Assembly: GCA_027022365.1 (NCBI GenBank)
Contig: JALVYU010000031.1
Span: 288,001-352,000, forward strand
Length of the DNA stretch: 64,000 nt
Direction of reading: 5' to 3'
DNA from: Desulfurococcales archaeon
GTDB lineage: Archaea > Thermoproteota > Thermoprotei_A > Sulfolobales > Desulfurococcaceae
A program made the position numbers and the translations under genes. Positions 29,554 to 40,210 of this stretch are shown piece after piece (the first letter of the stretch is position 1; the number at the start of each line of letters is the position of its first letter). The notes below the pieces were generated by a model. The model saw only the letters and a program-made list of their open reading frames with translations, was not told the DNA's origin and ran no database searches.

Positions 29554-30996
29554 CTAGCCGAAATGCTTCTTCATTTCCTCGTTACCCGGCATATTAAGGA
29601 GATCGTCTATGGTCTCTTGTACCTGTCTTGTAGACTTTGTACGTGGATCCATGTGTAGCCAGTCCTCGAGTATCTCCCTCCCGCCCTCCAGGAAAGCTGT
29701 GAGGGCCATCTCCATCCTGGTCATTCTAGGCAGTAGGACTAGATCCCTGATCTTCTTGGGTAGGGGCTCGAATATATAGCGGTGCAGGCCCTTCCCATCG
29801 ATCTGCACGGGCATCTCTACCGCTACATTATCGGGTATTCCCGGTATGCTGCCCAGGTTTAATGTGTTGACAATGTATTCATCCCTCCTATTATTGGCTA
29901 TGCTGTCTATGATTGGCACGATTGATTCGCCGCTCCACTCCGGCGGTATATGTACGGCGAGCGGGTGCTTCTGATCCCTGAGGGCTTCGTATAGTCTTTG
30001 TAGCTGCATGTTTAGATAGGCGATATACATCATCCACCCTATCTCTGAGTCAGGCCCTCCTGTCGAGCCGTACCATTTCTGTTTCGTCTTGAGGTCCCAG
30101 TGGTACATCCACGTGCCTCCACGTACAGTGTCCCCTACGGGTAGGAGGCCGTACCTTTTATACATGTCTATGGCTGCTGGCGATAGATCTATATCGAACG
30201 GGTTTACCTGCGTCTCTCTCCAGCGTTCCCAGTACTTCTCGGCTTTTTCCTCGATCCACTTATCCAGTAATGGATAAGCGTCTTCGCTCTTGTACTTGAA
30301 TTTCGTCAGCCAGATCACATGGTTGAACCCTAGGACTTCGAACTCGGTTTCCTCGCGTGGTAGGCCGAGCTCCTTCATGACATTGTAGATGCCGTGGTAT
30401 CCATGGCATAGACCGATCATCTTTATCTTGACGTGTCTCTGGATCAGGGTTGTGAGCTCGAAGACGGGGTTAGCGACATTGATTAGCCAGGCATCGGGAG
30501 CGTATTCCTCGACATCCTTCGCTATGCTTAGGGCTAGTTTGAACTGGTAGTAACCCCAGATCGTGTGGTAGTCGCTTACCATGTTCCACTCAACACTATT
30601 TATACCACGGTAGTAGCCGTGGCGTTCACATATCTCTCTCATACGCTCATAGTACATGTGGCCGCCATACATGGCGGAGTTCACGACGAAGTCGGCGTCC
30701 TTTATCGCCTCGATGCGATCCGTTGTTAGTACGAATTCTAGGTCGGCATGTAGCTCTGAGGCGTATCGTTTGGCGAAGCTTGTTATTAGGTTGAGCCTCT
30801 CCCTGTTTATATCCATGAGGTAAACCCTGGCTCCATGGAGGCTCTTGGCAAGTATGAGGTCTATGATGATCCTCGAGCTCCATACAGCGCTTCCCGCGCC
30901 TATAAAGGCGATCTTGAGTCCCTTGCCCTTAGGCTCATCCTCCATAAGGGGTTTAAGCCTGTTCTTGTACTTCATGGAGGAACAACCCTTAACCAT
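29554..30996 (-). CDS. GH4 NAD+/Mn2+-dependent alpha-glucosidase/alpha-glucuronidase
   Basis: KIAFIGAGS, ADFVVNSA, NVANPV, GLCHG, GFNHVIWL. Confidence 0.92.
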   Translation of the reverse strand: MVKGCSSMKYKNRLKPLMEDEPKGKGLKIAFIGAGSAVWSSRIIIDLILAKSLHGARVYLMDINRERLNLITSFAKRYASELHADLEFVLTTDRIEAIKDADFVVNSAMYGGHMYYERMREICERHGYYRGINSVEWNMVSDYHTIWGYYQFKLALSIAKDVEEYAPDAWLINVANPVFELTTLIQRHVKIKMIGLCHGYHGIYNVMKELGLPREETEFEVLGFNHVIWLTKFKYKSEDAYPLLDKWIEEKAEKYWERWRETQVNPFDIDLSPAAIDMYKRYGLLPVGDTVRGGTWMYHWDLKTKQKWYGSTGGPDSEIGWMMYIAYLNMQLQRLYEALRDQKHPLAVHIPPEWSGESIVPIIDSIANNRRDEYIVNTLNLGSIPGIPDNVAVEMPVQIDGKGLHRYIFEPLPKKIRDLVLLPRMTRMEMALTAFLEGGREILEDWLHMDPRTKSTRQVQETIDDLLNMPGNEEMKKHFG

Positions 30997-31118
30997 GTAA
31001 TGGATTCTCTGATAATCTATTGTCGCCTCATGCTAATTAATTTTTAACTGAAATGTTTAAAGCATTCAAAGAAGAGGCCATGAATTTTACATAGGTATTT
31101 TTAATTGTGTAGGAAAAA

Positions 31119-31919
31119 CTACATGATCCCAATGGCTTTAACGCCTTCACGCCTGATCTTATGGATGCTGTAGTGCAGGAGCAGTAATGCCATGACTAGG
31201 AAGCCCAGTGAGTACGGCAGACCAATCATGATTAGTGTGCTGGTCGGTAGGACAGGCATTGTCCCTATCAACCCATATCTGATGAGCTCGGCTGGGTAGC
31301 TGAACGGCGTTGTGAGGGCGATAATCCTGAGTATCTCCGGATACATTATAAGCGGTGTAAAGCCTCCCGTCGCTATAGGGAGTATCCATGAAAGTATCTC
31401 GACGACTGGGCCGCTTGTACCGCTCAACAGCATGCTCGAGCCTAGGATCAAGCTATACCCGGACAGGACTATTAACAGGCAGGCGAAACCAGCGATCAAC
31501 GCTAGGGGGTCGTGAACCCATATTGCAGGAGGCGCGTAAAGTATTGCCATGATAACATATACCATTGCAAGACTCAGAGCAACCCATAATAGCCCGACGG
31601 GCATGAGGCCGACGTAGACCATGATCACTGGTCTTCCGCTTATAATGTAATGCTCGAGAATACCCCTGATCATCATTTGGCGGAGGCTCCACGCCCAGTC
31701 CCAGCCAGCCATATTGTACGACATGAAGACCAGCACAGCGATGAAGGCATAGGCAGCAGCGACTTCGCGGGGAGTCGAGGGCCTGCTGAACAGGATCATC
31801 GGAGAAATCAATAGCGTCATCCATAAAGCCATCTGCAAAACTCCAACTATGATCGCTTTATTCCTAAGCAGCGAAGCGGTGAGATAAGCCTTAAGTATGG
31901 CCAGCAAGGAGCGGATCAA
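31119..31919 (-). CDS. ABC-2 type exporter permease
   Basis: Six TM segments, PFSYPAELIR, operon with an ABC ATPase. Confidence 0.8.
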   Translation of the reverse strand: MIRSLLAILKAYLTASLLRNKAIIVGVLQMALWMTLLISPMILFSRPSTPREVAAAYAFIAVLVFMSYNMAGWDWAWSLRQMMIRGILEHYIISGRPVIMVYVGLMPVGLLWVALSLAMVYVIMAILYAPPAIWVHDPLALIAGFACLLIVLSGYSLILGSSMLLSGTSGPVVEILSWILPIATGGFTPLIMYPEILRIIALTTPFSYPAELIRYGLIGTMPVLPTSTLIMIGLPYSLGFLVMALLLLHYSIHKIRREGVKAIGIM

Positions 31920-32737
31920 TACTCTTTCACCCCCTTAAACCTCAGCCTCTCCTCCCATCTTGTCACGGTCTTACCGCCTATGGGGAGGAGTAGAATGAAA
32001 GATGCAGTTGCGACGCCTAGCAGTACGCTGGCAAGGCTCATGGTGAGATTATTGGTCAGCATGTACTGTATTATTTCAACGATACTACTACTAGGGATGA
32101 CCATAGTGGCTACTCTGAAGACCAGGGGGAGAAGGTAGCGTGGATAATATACGCCTACGAGTATCAGTAGTAGCGGTCTAGCGATATTGATTATTCTCCA
32201 GCCCTCCTCCGACACCATGTATGCTAGCCCCATGGTAACCATTGCTATGGGGACCATGAACAATCCGGCGAGAACAGATAAGAATACCACGAGCAATGCT
32301 AGGACAGCGCCCTCCACGCCATAGTAGTAGACATAGACGGGCGTGAGACAAATGATCCCCTGAACAATGAACGGGGCAAGCATTGGGAGAGCAACAGCCA
32401 GGTATCTCAATATACGTGGAGCCGGAGAAGCGAGGATGTAGGGCAGAGTTCCAGCCCACATATCTGATGAGGGCCTCTGCATGATCATATCGGCACCTAT
32501 GAGGACTGTCAACATCAGGTAGCTCATCGTAAGGAAGAAAGTTATGGCGGAAACATGGAACCGCTGGCTAAAACTCGTCAGACCACCCACAGCTAAGCCC
32601 ATGATAACGAATAACAGGGTCAATATGTACGGGTAAACAATAAACGATACGATCAGGCTCTTCCGCCTAGTTAAATCCTTGTAGAAAGCCATCCATTCAG
32701 CCCATAAGATCTCTCTGAGACCCAATGAACCCGTCAC
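31916..32737 (-). CDS. ABC-2 type exporter permease
   Basis: GTLPYILASP, GVYYPRYLLP, six TM segments. Confidence 0.8.
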   Translation of the reverse strand: MTGSLGLREILWAEWMAFYKDLTRRKSLIVSFIVYPYILTLLFVIMGLAVGGLTSFSQRFHVSAITFFLTMSYLMLTVLIGADMIMQRPSSDMWAGTLPYILASPAPRILRYLAVALPMLAPFIVQGIICLTPVYVYYYGVEGAVLALLVVFLSVLAGLFMVPIAMVTMGLAYMVSEEGWRIINIARPLLLILVGVYYPRYLLPLVFRVATMVIPSSSIVEIIQYMLTNNLTMSLASVLLGVATASFILLLPIGGKTVTRWEERLRFKGVKEY

Positions 32738-33741
32738 CCCTTACTGCTGTAGTAGACAAAGACATCCTCGAGGGTCGGCTCTTCCACGGTTAGCTTCACT
32801 ATATCGGCACCATTAGAGACCAGCACACGGATGACATCACCGATTAACTCCTCCGGCTTTCTAGCCTTGAACATAATAGTTGTGAGCCCATTCTCTCTAC
32901 GTATTTCAGGGTCGACACCGATCACTTCCTTCAATTTATCATATCTACGGGGCCCGCCCTTGACCATGATCTTTACGGTCCTGAAAGCCATGATCTTGTC
33001 TTTCAGCTCGTCCGGCGTGCCCTCGGCAACTATTATTCCCTTATTGATCAATATGATCCTATCGCAGACTATCTCGGCCTCAAACATGTTGTGGGTGGTG
33101 TACAGGACGGTCTTGCCTTCCCGGTGGGCCAACCCCTTGACGAGATCCCTGATCTTGCGGGCGCTAGGAGGATCTAGGCCTAGGGTAGGCTCGTCCAATA
33201 ATACGACGTCGGGATCGCGCAGGAGTGCTCGGGCAAGATTGAGTCTTGCCTTCATGCCGAGACTGTATTCCTCGAATAATCTATCACTAGCACCTAGTTC
33301 TTCAAGACCTACTACCTCGAGGACCTCTTGCACACGCTTCTTAATAGTGTTGGAGGAGAGACCATAGAGCGCTGCGAAGTACTCTAGGTTCTCTCTTCCA
33401 GTCAGCTTATTGTAGAAGCCCTTCTCAACCGTCAACATTACCCCGATATTCTTTCTAACCATGTCCGCCTCCGTAACCACATCATAGCCTTTAACATATG
33501 CTTCTCCTTCATCCGGAATTAGGAGGGTGGATATGATCTTGATCGTAGTTGTCTTTCCAGCACCATTAGGACCGAGTAACCCCACTACTTCGCCCGGATA
33601 AATCTTAAAACTAACGCCCTTCAAAGCCTCTATAACAATGGTTCGGCCCTTGAATAATCCTTTCCTCTCCTTAGTCTTGTATCTTTTGATGAGACCTATT
33701 GCCTCAACGCTGGGGGACCTTGGCACAGCGAAACCCCTCAC
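32734..33741 (-). CDS. ABC exporter ATP-binding protein (DrrA-like)
   Basis: GPNGAGKTT, YSLGMK, LLDEPT. Confidence 0.93.
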   Translation of the reverse strand: MRGFAVPRSPSVEAIGLIKRYKTKERKGLFKGRTIVIEALKGVSFKIYPGEVVGLLGPNGAGKTTTIKIISTLLIPDEGEAYVKGYDVVTEADMVRKNIGVMLTVEKGFYNKLTGRENLEYFAALYGLSSNTIKKRVQEVLEVVGLEELGASDRLFEEYSLGMKARLNLARALLRDPDVVLLDEPTLGLDPPSARKIRDLVKGLAHREGKTVLYTTHNMFEAEIVCDRIILINKGIIVAEGTPDELKDKIMAFRTVKIMVKGGPRRYDKLKEVIGVDPEIRRENGLTTIMFKARKPEELIGDVIRVLVSNGADIVKLTVEEPTLEDVFVYYSSKG

Positions 33742-34022
33742 ATCCTGTTTGATTCATTGTTCTTTATAATGCGTATGTGGAGGGGTCTCCATAGTGGAAT
33801 ATAGGACCTTGTCTAGCACGCTCCACATCTTATGGTCTAGGACTGTCCACCCGGAAACATATGATTCCTGCGCTAATAAAAAAGAATTACATATCAAGAG
33901 TAGCCGGAACGTGGCCAAAGGGGGATCGGAAGTCCCGTCTGCCTTGCTCGCCGATTAGGTTTTATTATATGTTAATAATGATATGTAGGTAGTATTGGCC
34001 TCTCAAGGAGCTTGTAAGGTGT

Positions 34023-37000
34023 ATGGTTTTGGGCCGAATAGGCAGGATCAACGGTCACTATAATCCTTGGACTGTGGAGGAAGAGATTAAACGCTTCTGG
34101 GAGGAGAACAAGATCTACGATAAGGTCAAGAAGAAAAGCATGTCTCAGCCTAGAAAATTCTTATTCATAGACGGGCCCCCTTACCCCAGCGGAGATATAC
34201 CACACATAGGTACTGCTTGGAATAAGACCATCAAAGACGTGATCCTCAGATACAAGAGAATGAGGGGCTACAACGTATATGATCGCCCCGGGTACGACTG
34301 CCACGGCCTCCCGATTGAGGTGAAGGTCGAGCAAAAACTAGGGATCAAAGTAAAGCGTGAGATAGAGGAGAAGATAGGCGTAGACAAGTTCATTCAAGAG
34401 TGTAAGAACCTAGCCCTCAGCAACCTCTCAAGCATGACAAAGTGGTTCCGAGAACTAGGAGTGTTCATGGACTGGGAAAACCCCTACCTAACACTGAGAG
34501 ACGAGTACATTGAGGCTGGATGGTGGCTTTTCAAGAAGGTGTACGAGAAGGGCCTCCTGGACAGCGAGCTGAGGGTAGTGTACTGGTGCCCAAGGTGCTC
34601 CACGACACTTGCCGAGTACGAGATAGAGTATAAGGTATTAGAGGATCCGAGCATATACGTAAAGTTCCCCGTAAGAGGAAGGGAAAAAGAATACATCCTG
34701 ATCTGGACCACGACGCCCTGGACGCTCCCGGCCAACACCTTCGTAATGGCTCACCCAGACGAGACCTATGTTAGGATAAGGGTTGGTGACGAGAAATACA
34801 TTCTCGCCAAGGCGAGGCTAGAACATGTCGTAAGGGAGACCGGGATAAGAGAGTACGAGGTAATCGAGGAGTTCATGGGTAAGGAGCTAGAGGGGCTCGA
34901 GTATGATCATCCGCTGAGAGACATTGTCCCCCTACAGGAGAAACTATCAAAACACCATAAGGTCTTCATGGCCCCCGAAGTAGTCACGATGTATGAGGGT
35001 ACAGGACTAGTACACGGAGCGCCCGGACACGGTATGGAGGATTTCAGCATAGCGAAGAAATACGGCGTAGACATTATCGCTAGCCCTGTAGACGATGAGG
35101 GAAGATTCACCGAGGAGGCGGGCAAGTATAAGGGCCTATACGCCAGGGACGCCAACCCGGTTATAATACAAGACCTTAGAGACAGGGGAGCCCTCCTATG
35201 GAGCGGCTCTCTCCAGCACAAGTACCCTATATGCTGGAGATGTAAGACCCCTGTACTCCAGAGGGCTACGAGGCAGTGGATAATAAGGGTGACGAAGCTC
35301 AAGGAGGAACTGAAGAGAGAGGCTTCAAGAGTTAACTGGATGCCCGGATGGGCGCTTGAAAGACTAATGAACATGCTGGAGAATCTGCAGGACTGGGTGA
35401 TAAGCAGGCAGAGGTACTGGGGAACACCACTACCAATATGGATATGCCCAGAAGGCCATAGGCTCGTCATAGGCAGTATCAAGGAGCTCGAAGAACACGG
35501 TGGTAGAAGACCAGTAGAACTGCACAGGCCGTGGATAGACGAGGTGGTGTTGAAATGCCCTGTCTGCGGGAAACCCATGAAGAGAGTGCCGGACGTAGCG
35601 GATGTTTGGTTTGACAGCGGAATAGCATTCTATGCGGCGAGAGCTCATCCCGAGAGGCTCCCTAGGGACGAGGTCGTCCTAGACTTCATAACGGAGGGAC
35701 ATGACCAGATTAGGGGCTGGTTCTTCAGCCTCCTAAGATCCGGTGTCTTGGGCTTCGGCAAAGCCCCCTACAAGAACGTGCTGGTCCACGGCTTTGTCCT
35801 GGACGAGCATGGGAGAGAGATGCATAAGAGCCTTGGAAACTATGTGGGCACTGATGAGGCCATAGAGAAGATGGGTAGGGACCCCCTTAGGCTATGGGTT
35901 CTACAAGCAACCGCGTGGGAGGACTTAAGGTTTAGCTGGAAGGGCATAGAGGAGACTAGGAAGGATCTAAGTATAGCGTGGAACACATATGTCTTCGCAT
36001 CAACATATATGGAGCTCGACTGCTACGACCCAATAGAGCAGGGACTGGAAAGGCTCAGGGAACACCTAAGGATAGAGGACAAGTGGATCCTGTCAAGAAT
36101 AAACACCCTCACCAAGAAGGTTACGGAGTACCTTGAGAAATACTATGTCCACGAAGCCGCGAGACTCATCAGGAAATTCATCGTAGAGGATGTGAGCCAC
36201 TGGTACATAAGGCTGATAAGGCCTCGTGTATGGATCGAAGAGAACGTTCCCGACAAGCTCGCAGCCTACGCTACACTCTATTATGTGTTGAAGAAATGGC
36301 TGCTCCTGGCAAGCCCGATGATACCCTTCATGGCTGAGAAAATATACCGGGAGTTCATAAGGCCCGCGGAGCCCGGTGCGCCAGAATCAATCCATCTAAT
36401 GGAGTGGCCGAGCATTGACGAAGAATACATTGATCCAGGGCTTGAGGAGGAAATGGAGCTGGTCAGGCAGATCTATGAGGCCTCGGCGGCAGCGCGTATG
36501 AAGGCCGGGATAAAGCTGAGACAGCCGGTCAAAAGCATAATAATATATAGTGACGATGAAAGAATCGCTGAGACGGTGAAGAAGTACGCCGATCTAGTAA
36601 AGCGTATAGCCAACGCTAAGAACGTGGAGGTAAGACCCGTAAGTGAACTAGGAAAACTAGTCAGGTACAAGATAGAGCCGATTTACAAGGAGATAGGGCC
36701 GAGATTCCGCAAACAGGCTAGGCAGGTGATAAAGTATCTCCTAGAACACCAGGACGAAGTAGCCAGAACAATACTTGCAGAGGGCAAGGCCCTGATCAAG
36801 CTGGAAGACGGCGGCGAAGCCGAGATAACCAAGGACTATGTCAAGATAACACCAGTATATATTGAGGGCTACAGCGTGGAGGACACGGAGTGGGGAGCCG
36901 TAGTAATAGATACAAGGCTAACAGAGGAGGAGCTGGCGGAGGGCCTAGCAAGAGACGTTATAAGACGCATACAGGTCATGAGGAAGGAGCTAAACCTACC

Positions 37001-37196
37001 GCTCGACGCCAAGATAATCGTCTGGATGACAGTGCCGGAGCCGCATGTAAAGCTGATCGAGAAGAAGCTCAGCTACATCGCTGGCGAGACGCGTGCAGAG
37101 AAAATAATGATAACGAGCGAGCACCCCGGCGACGCCTATACCAAGGAATGGGAGATCGAGGGGGAAACATACAAGATATCGATCAGACAAATCTGA
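34023..37196 (+). CDS. ileS: Isoleucine--tRNA ligase
   Basis: DGPPYPSG, HIGT, DCHGLPIE, WTTTPWTLP, ISRQRYWG, EMHKS. Confidence 0.97.
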   Translation: MVLGRIGRINGHYNPWTVEEEIKRFWEENKIYDKVKKKSMSQPRKFLFIDGPPYPSGDIPHIGTAWNKTIKDVILRYKRMRGYNVYDRPGYDCHGLPIEVKVEQKLGIKVKREIEEKIGVDKFIQECKNLALSNLSSMTKWFRELGVFMDWENPYLTLRDEYIEAGWWLFKKVYEKGLLDSELRVVYWCPRCSTTLAEYEIEYKVLEDPSIYVKFPVRGREKEYILIWTTTPWTLPANTFVMAHPDETYVRIRVGDEKYILAKARLEHVVRETGIREYEVIEEFMGKELEGLEYDHPLRDIVPLQEKLSKHHKVFMAPEVVTMYEGTGLVHGAPGHGMEDFSIAKKYGVDIIASPVDDEGRFTEEAGKYKGLYARDANPVIIQDLRDRGALLWSGSLQHKYPICWRCKTPVLQRATRQWIIRVTKLKEELKREASRVNWMPGWALERLMNMLENLQDWVISRQRYWGTPLPIWICPEGHRLVIGSIKELEEHGGRRPVELHRPWIDEVVLKCPVCGKPMKRVPDVADVWFDSGIAFYAARAHPERLPRDEVVLDFITEGHDQIRGWFFSLLRSGVLGFGKAPYKNVLVHGFVLDEHGREMHKSLGNYVGTDEAIEKMGRDPLRLWVLQATAWEDLRFSWKGIEETRKDLSIAWNTYVFASTYMELDCYDPIEQGLERLREHLRIEDKWILSRINTLTKKVTEYLEKYYVHEAARLIRKFIVEDVSHWYIRLIRPRVWIEENVPDKLAAYATLYYVLKKWLLLASPMIPFMAEKIYREFIRPAEPGAPESIHLMEWPSIDEEYIDPGLEEEMELVRQIYEASAAARMKAGIKLRQPVKSIIIYSDDERIAETVKKYADLVKRIANAKNVEVRPVSELGKLVRYKIEPIYKEIGPRFRKQARQVIKYLLEHQDEVARTILAEGKALIKLEDGGEAEITKDYVKITPVYIEGYSVEDTEWGAVVIDTRLTEEELAEGLARDVIRRIQVMRKELNLPLDAKIIVWMTVPEPHVKLIEKKLSYIAGETRAEKIMITSEHPGDAYTKEWEIEGETYKISIRQI

Positions 37197-37215
37197 TAAA
37201 ATACTATCGTTTCTC

Positions 37216-37506
37216 TCAAGCTATTTTCTTGACCCTGAATTTCGCGACTCTGCTGGTTTCACTCTCTTCTATGATCTCGGTTATCTCGGCTTCAACCCCG
37301 TGGTCTTCCAGCACGTACTTTAGATCCTCGATCCAGTCATTGATTCCACACGTGAAGCAAAAAGAGCCAGTGAACCTGACAATCAGCTCTTTGTCTTTAT
37401 AATCAATAATTTCCGCTATTGCTTCGGGTGACCGGTACCTGTTGTATTCATCGATCGCCTCAGTGATCTTTGCTGGCACTTTAACTTTATGTACAGCATC
37501 TCTCAT
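37216..37506 (-). CDS. Hypothetical protein with CxxC motif
   Basis: FTGSFCFTCGINDW; GGTGA SD. Confidence 0.7.
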   Translation of the reverse strand: MRDAVHKVKVPAKITEAIDEYNRYRSPEAIAEIIDYKDKELIVRFTGSFCFTCGINDWIEDLKYVLEDHGVEAEITEIIEESETSRVAKFRVKKIA

Positions 37507-37588
37507 TCCGTGATCACCAGTAGTGGTTATGAGGATTTGGGGAAAAGTTCTGTTTGCCGAAGGGTTATCTGGCTAAGTAAAAAAGGCT

Positions 37589-37960
37589 CTAGAACCTGAT
37601 CTCTTTTCTGGCCTCCCATAATCCGTGCAGGTTGCAGTATGCGATGGCATAGAGTGTTCCCGGCTTCTCGAGCTTCAGTGTGATCTCCAGTTTTGGCTCA
37701 GCGTATCCTGGCTCCAAGTCGATGGTCGCCAGCCTCACGGGGTTGAAGGGGCGGCCTTCCTCGTAATAATATAGCTCGATCCTCCTTATGCTGTGCTGGG
37801 CCGTGTTTGGATGGGGGCCCACCTCTACTTTTACTGTGAATGGCTCGCCGGGCTTGATCTGCTCCGGAACCTCTATTTTTGGGGTATGCGTCTCTGCCTT
37901 AGTTATTGCCTGGCCTTGGGCTGTTTCCGGGGAGTATATGAGTTCGGAGAATCTGGGCAT
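37589..37960 (-). CDS. Superoxide reductase-like protein (class II SORL/desulfoferrodoxin Fe domain)
   Basis: HTPKI, HPNTAQHSI, YCNLHGLW. Confidence 0.9.
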   Translation of the reverse strand: MPRFSELIYSPETAQGQAITKAETHTPKIEVPEQIKPGEPFTVKVEVGPHPNTAQHSIRRIELYYYEEGRPFNPVRLATIDLEPGYAEPKLEITLKLEKPGTLYAIAYCNLHGLWEARKEIRF

Positions 37961-38063
37961 TTATTAATCACCATTTATCTAGTTCTGTCTTTTCTCTTTA
38001 TTAAGGATTACCTCTACAAAGTATTTTGTTAGAAAAACTAATCAATCTGCATAGATAGTCAAG

Positions 38064-38264
38064 TCATTGGTCAGTCTTTTTGGCGGCGTCGCGATATATT
38101 GACAGGCTTGTGCTCAACAGTATTATGCCGGTTACAAACGATAACAGGCTTTCAAGAACCTTATTGTACACGAGAACATATACGGCGAATGAGAAGAAAC
38201 CTATTGAGGCCAGTAGCGATATCAAACTATATATTAGGCCGAACCTGCGTAGTTGGCTCCCCAT
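38064..38264 (-). CDS. Small membrane protein
   Basis: Two TM helices, AGGTG SD, last gene of the MoxR operon. Confidence 0.6.
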   Translation of the reverse strand: MGSQLRRFGLIYSLISLLASIGFFSFAVYVLVYNKVLESLLSFVTGIILLSTSLSIYRDAAKKTDQ

Positions 38265-38288
38265 CTTTACACACCTTTATCTAAGACC

Positions 38289-38957
38289 CTAGTATGTGTT
38301 TATGGTAAGAAAAAATATCGTAAGAACCATGGATACGGCTAAAGCAATATTAGATAATACTCTATGACCTTTGCGCCTCAGAGCTAGAGAGACAGTATAG
38401 GGCATGAGACCTAGAAGGCCCGCTGAGCTATATGAAGGCCATATAGCTGTGAGTAGAAGCACTATGCCGAGCACATAAGCCAGCTTTATAAGGGCGTTCT
38501 CGATGCTCGACAGTTCTCTTTTCAGCTTATCACCGATCCACGTGAAGAGCCCTGGTCTCGGATCAAGAGTTGCCGTGAGGGCCGTGAATACTACAAGTAT
38601 GTATAGCATCTCGGACTCCCACGCGCCAATGTATTCCAGCTTCTTCCCGGCAAGGACGAGGGATAGTCCAATGGCCAGCATCATGTAGACCGAGTACCTC
38701 GATAATGACCCCCATAGGATCTTTAGGCCGCCGCTGGCTCTATACGGTTTATCCGTCATGAGAAGCACGTACTTATAGCCGGGGATCAATGCGGCTATCA
38801 GTGCTATGTAGACCGGGTTAAGCCCGAGATATATGCCCGCAAGCACCGACCCTAGAATTATAGCTGCCGCTATCTCTGTCGCACAAATATATTTCTCCAG
38901 AATGATACCTATGCTTATCACTGCCAACACAATAATGAATATCACTAGATCATCCAT
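38289..38957 (-). CDS. Hypothetical multi-pass membrane protein
   Basis: Hydrophobic, translationally coupled to the DUF58 gene. Confidence 0.7.
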   Translation of the reverse strand: MDDLVIFIIVLAVISIGIILEKYICATEIAAAIILGSVLAGIYLGLNPVYIALIAALIPGYKYVLLMTDKPYRASGGLKILWGSLSRYSVYMMLAIGLSLVLAGKKLEYIGAWESEMLYILVVFTALTATLDPRPGLFTWIGDKLKRELSSIENALIKLAYVLGIVLLLTAIWPSYSSAGLLGLMPYTVSLALRRKGHRVLSNIALAVSMVLTIFFLTINTY

Positions 38958-40210
38958 TATCGTCGCCCTCCAACATTGATCCTAACACCTATCTCTGGAA
39001 TCTCAAATCCTAGCCCAAGCCCTGCTATTCGGGCCGCTATCCTTGAGAGGAGAGCCTTGTACTCGTCTCTGCCTGTGAGGCTCTCGTAGTCATAGTCGGG
39101 GAAGAGGAGGAAGAGCTTCCCCGCGTATACGTGGAGCAGCTTATCCAGCGGATCGGGTCCTTCCAGTAATAGTGTCAGCGGATTAGTGACGAGGACTACT
39201 AGATCGTACCGCATGGGGTCTATGCCGAGATACCGTGCTTGCTCAGCGTATACTGATAATGGTGACTGGCACCCCTCGCCCGGCTTTATTAGTGATGACA
39301 TATCATATATTGCTCCAAGAATGTCTTTTTCAACCCCTATCCTAAGCTTAGGGGATATGTCACAACATACGGCCATATCGATATGGGAGCCTGTCTTGGC
39401 TAGATATTCTAGTATTCCCCGTGCAAGCCTTAACTGTGCGTGGGCGAGAGTATTGGGTGGTCTTCCAACGTACCATAAATAGTTCCTTGTATCGACTAGT
39501 ACGAGGGTCTTAGCCCTTGACTCGCCGTAATCTAGTCTTACAACCAGTTTCCTCGTCTTTGCATATTCTTTCCACAGGATCTTTCTAGGGTCATCGCCTG
39601 GCTGGTACTCTCTATAACCGGCTAGATCGTATAGTCCTGACAATGATTTCCCAGCAATATATGCCCCGATGATCTTCTGGAGACTCTTAACGGAAACCCT
39701 TGTCCTAGCGGTTCTCGGCAGAGCCACAGTGTACGCGTTAGCTGTATAGGAGTATTGCTCGAAGAAGTAGCCCAGTGGATCGGTTATCGACATATAGAGC
39801 TTTCCGAAGCAATGGGTTCCGGGAGCCTCTACCCTAAAGAGATATTCTGCTACGGCCTCGCATCTCGGAGGTAATGCTATTGTGAATACGGGTTTCTTCC
39901 TGGTGCTCGTGAACTCGGGGAGCGTGTCGATCGCCATTAGCCGCGGGATAGGCTTATCTCCATGGTTCTTGAACCTCAGAATCATTTTCACCTGGTCTAG
40001 CTCACCGCATACCTTCTTGTCTACGCCACGCTCGACAGTGATGTCCCGTACATAGTTTTTTGTCTGGAAGAACACGTGGTATTCGTAGTAGAAAACAAGT
40101 ATGAGTGCGAGAGCTATGGATAATCCGATCAGGGATCTAGAGTACAGGCTGTATAGGAGAAGCAATAAAGCAACGACTAGATGTGTGTATCCGCTAAAAG
40201 TTATCTTCAA
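38957..40210 (-). CDS. DUF58 domain protein (MoxR partner)
   Basis: REYQPGDDPRKILWKEYAK. Confidence 0.88.
   Translation of the reverse strand: MKITFSGYTHLVVALLLLLYSLYSRSLIGLSIALALILVFYYEYHVFFQTKNYVRDITVERGVDKKVCGELDQVKMILRFKNHGDKPIPRLMAIDTLPEFTSTRKKPVFTIALPPRCEAVAEYLFRVEAPGTHCFGKLYMSITDPLGYFFEQYSYTANAYTVALPRTARTRVSVKSLQKIIGAYIAGKSLSGLYDLAGYREYQPGDDPRKILWKEYAKTRKLVVRLDYGESRAKTLVLVDTRNYLWYVGRPPNTLAHAQLRLARGILEYLAKTGSHIDMAVCCDISPKLRIGVEKDILGAIYDMSSLIKPGEGCQSPLSVYAEQARYLGIDPMRYDLVVLVTNPLTLLLEGPDPLDKLLHVYAGKLFLLFPDYDYESLTGRDEYKALLSRIAARIAGLGLGFEIPEIGVRINVGGRR

Noticed and set aside
34907-35578. Long antisense ORFs (this 223-aa one, also 40628-41200 and 32831-33367)
   Set aside because: Shadow frames of well-supported genes, caused by codon bias
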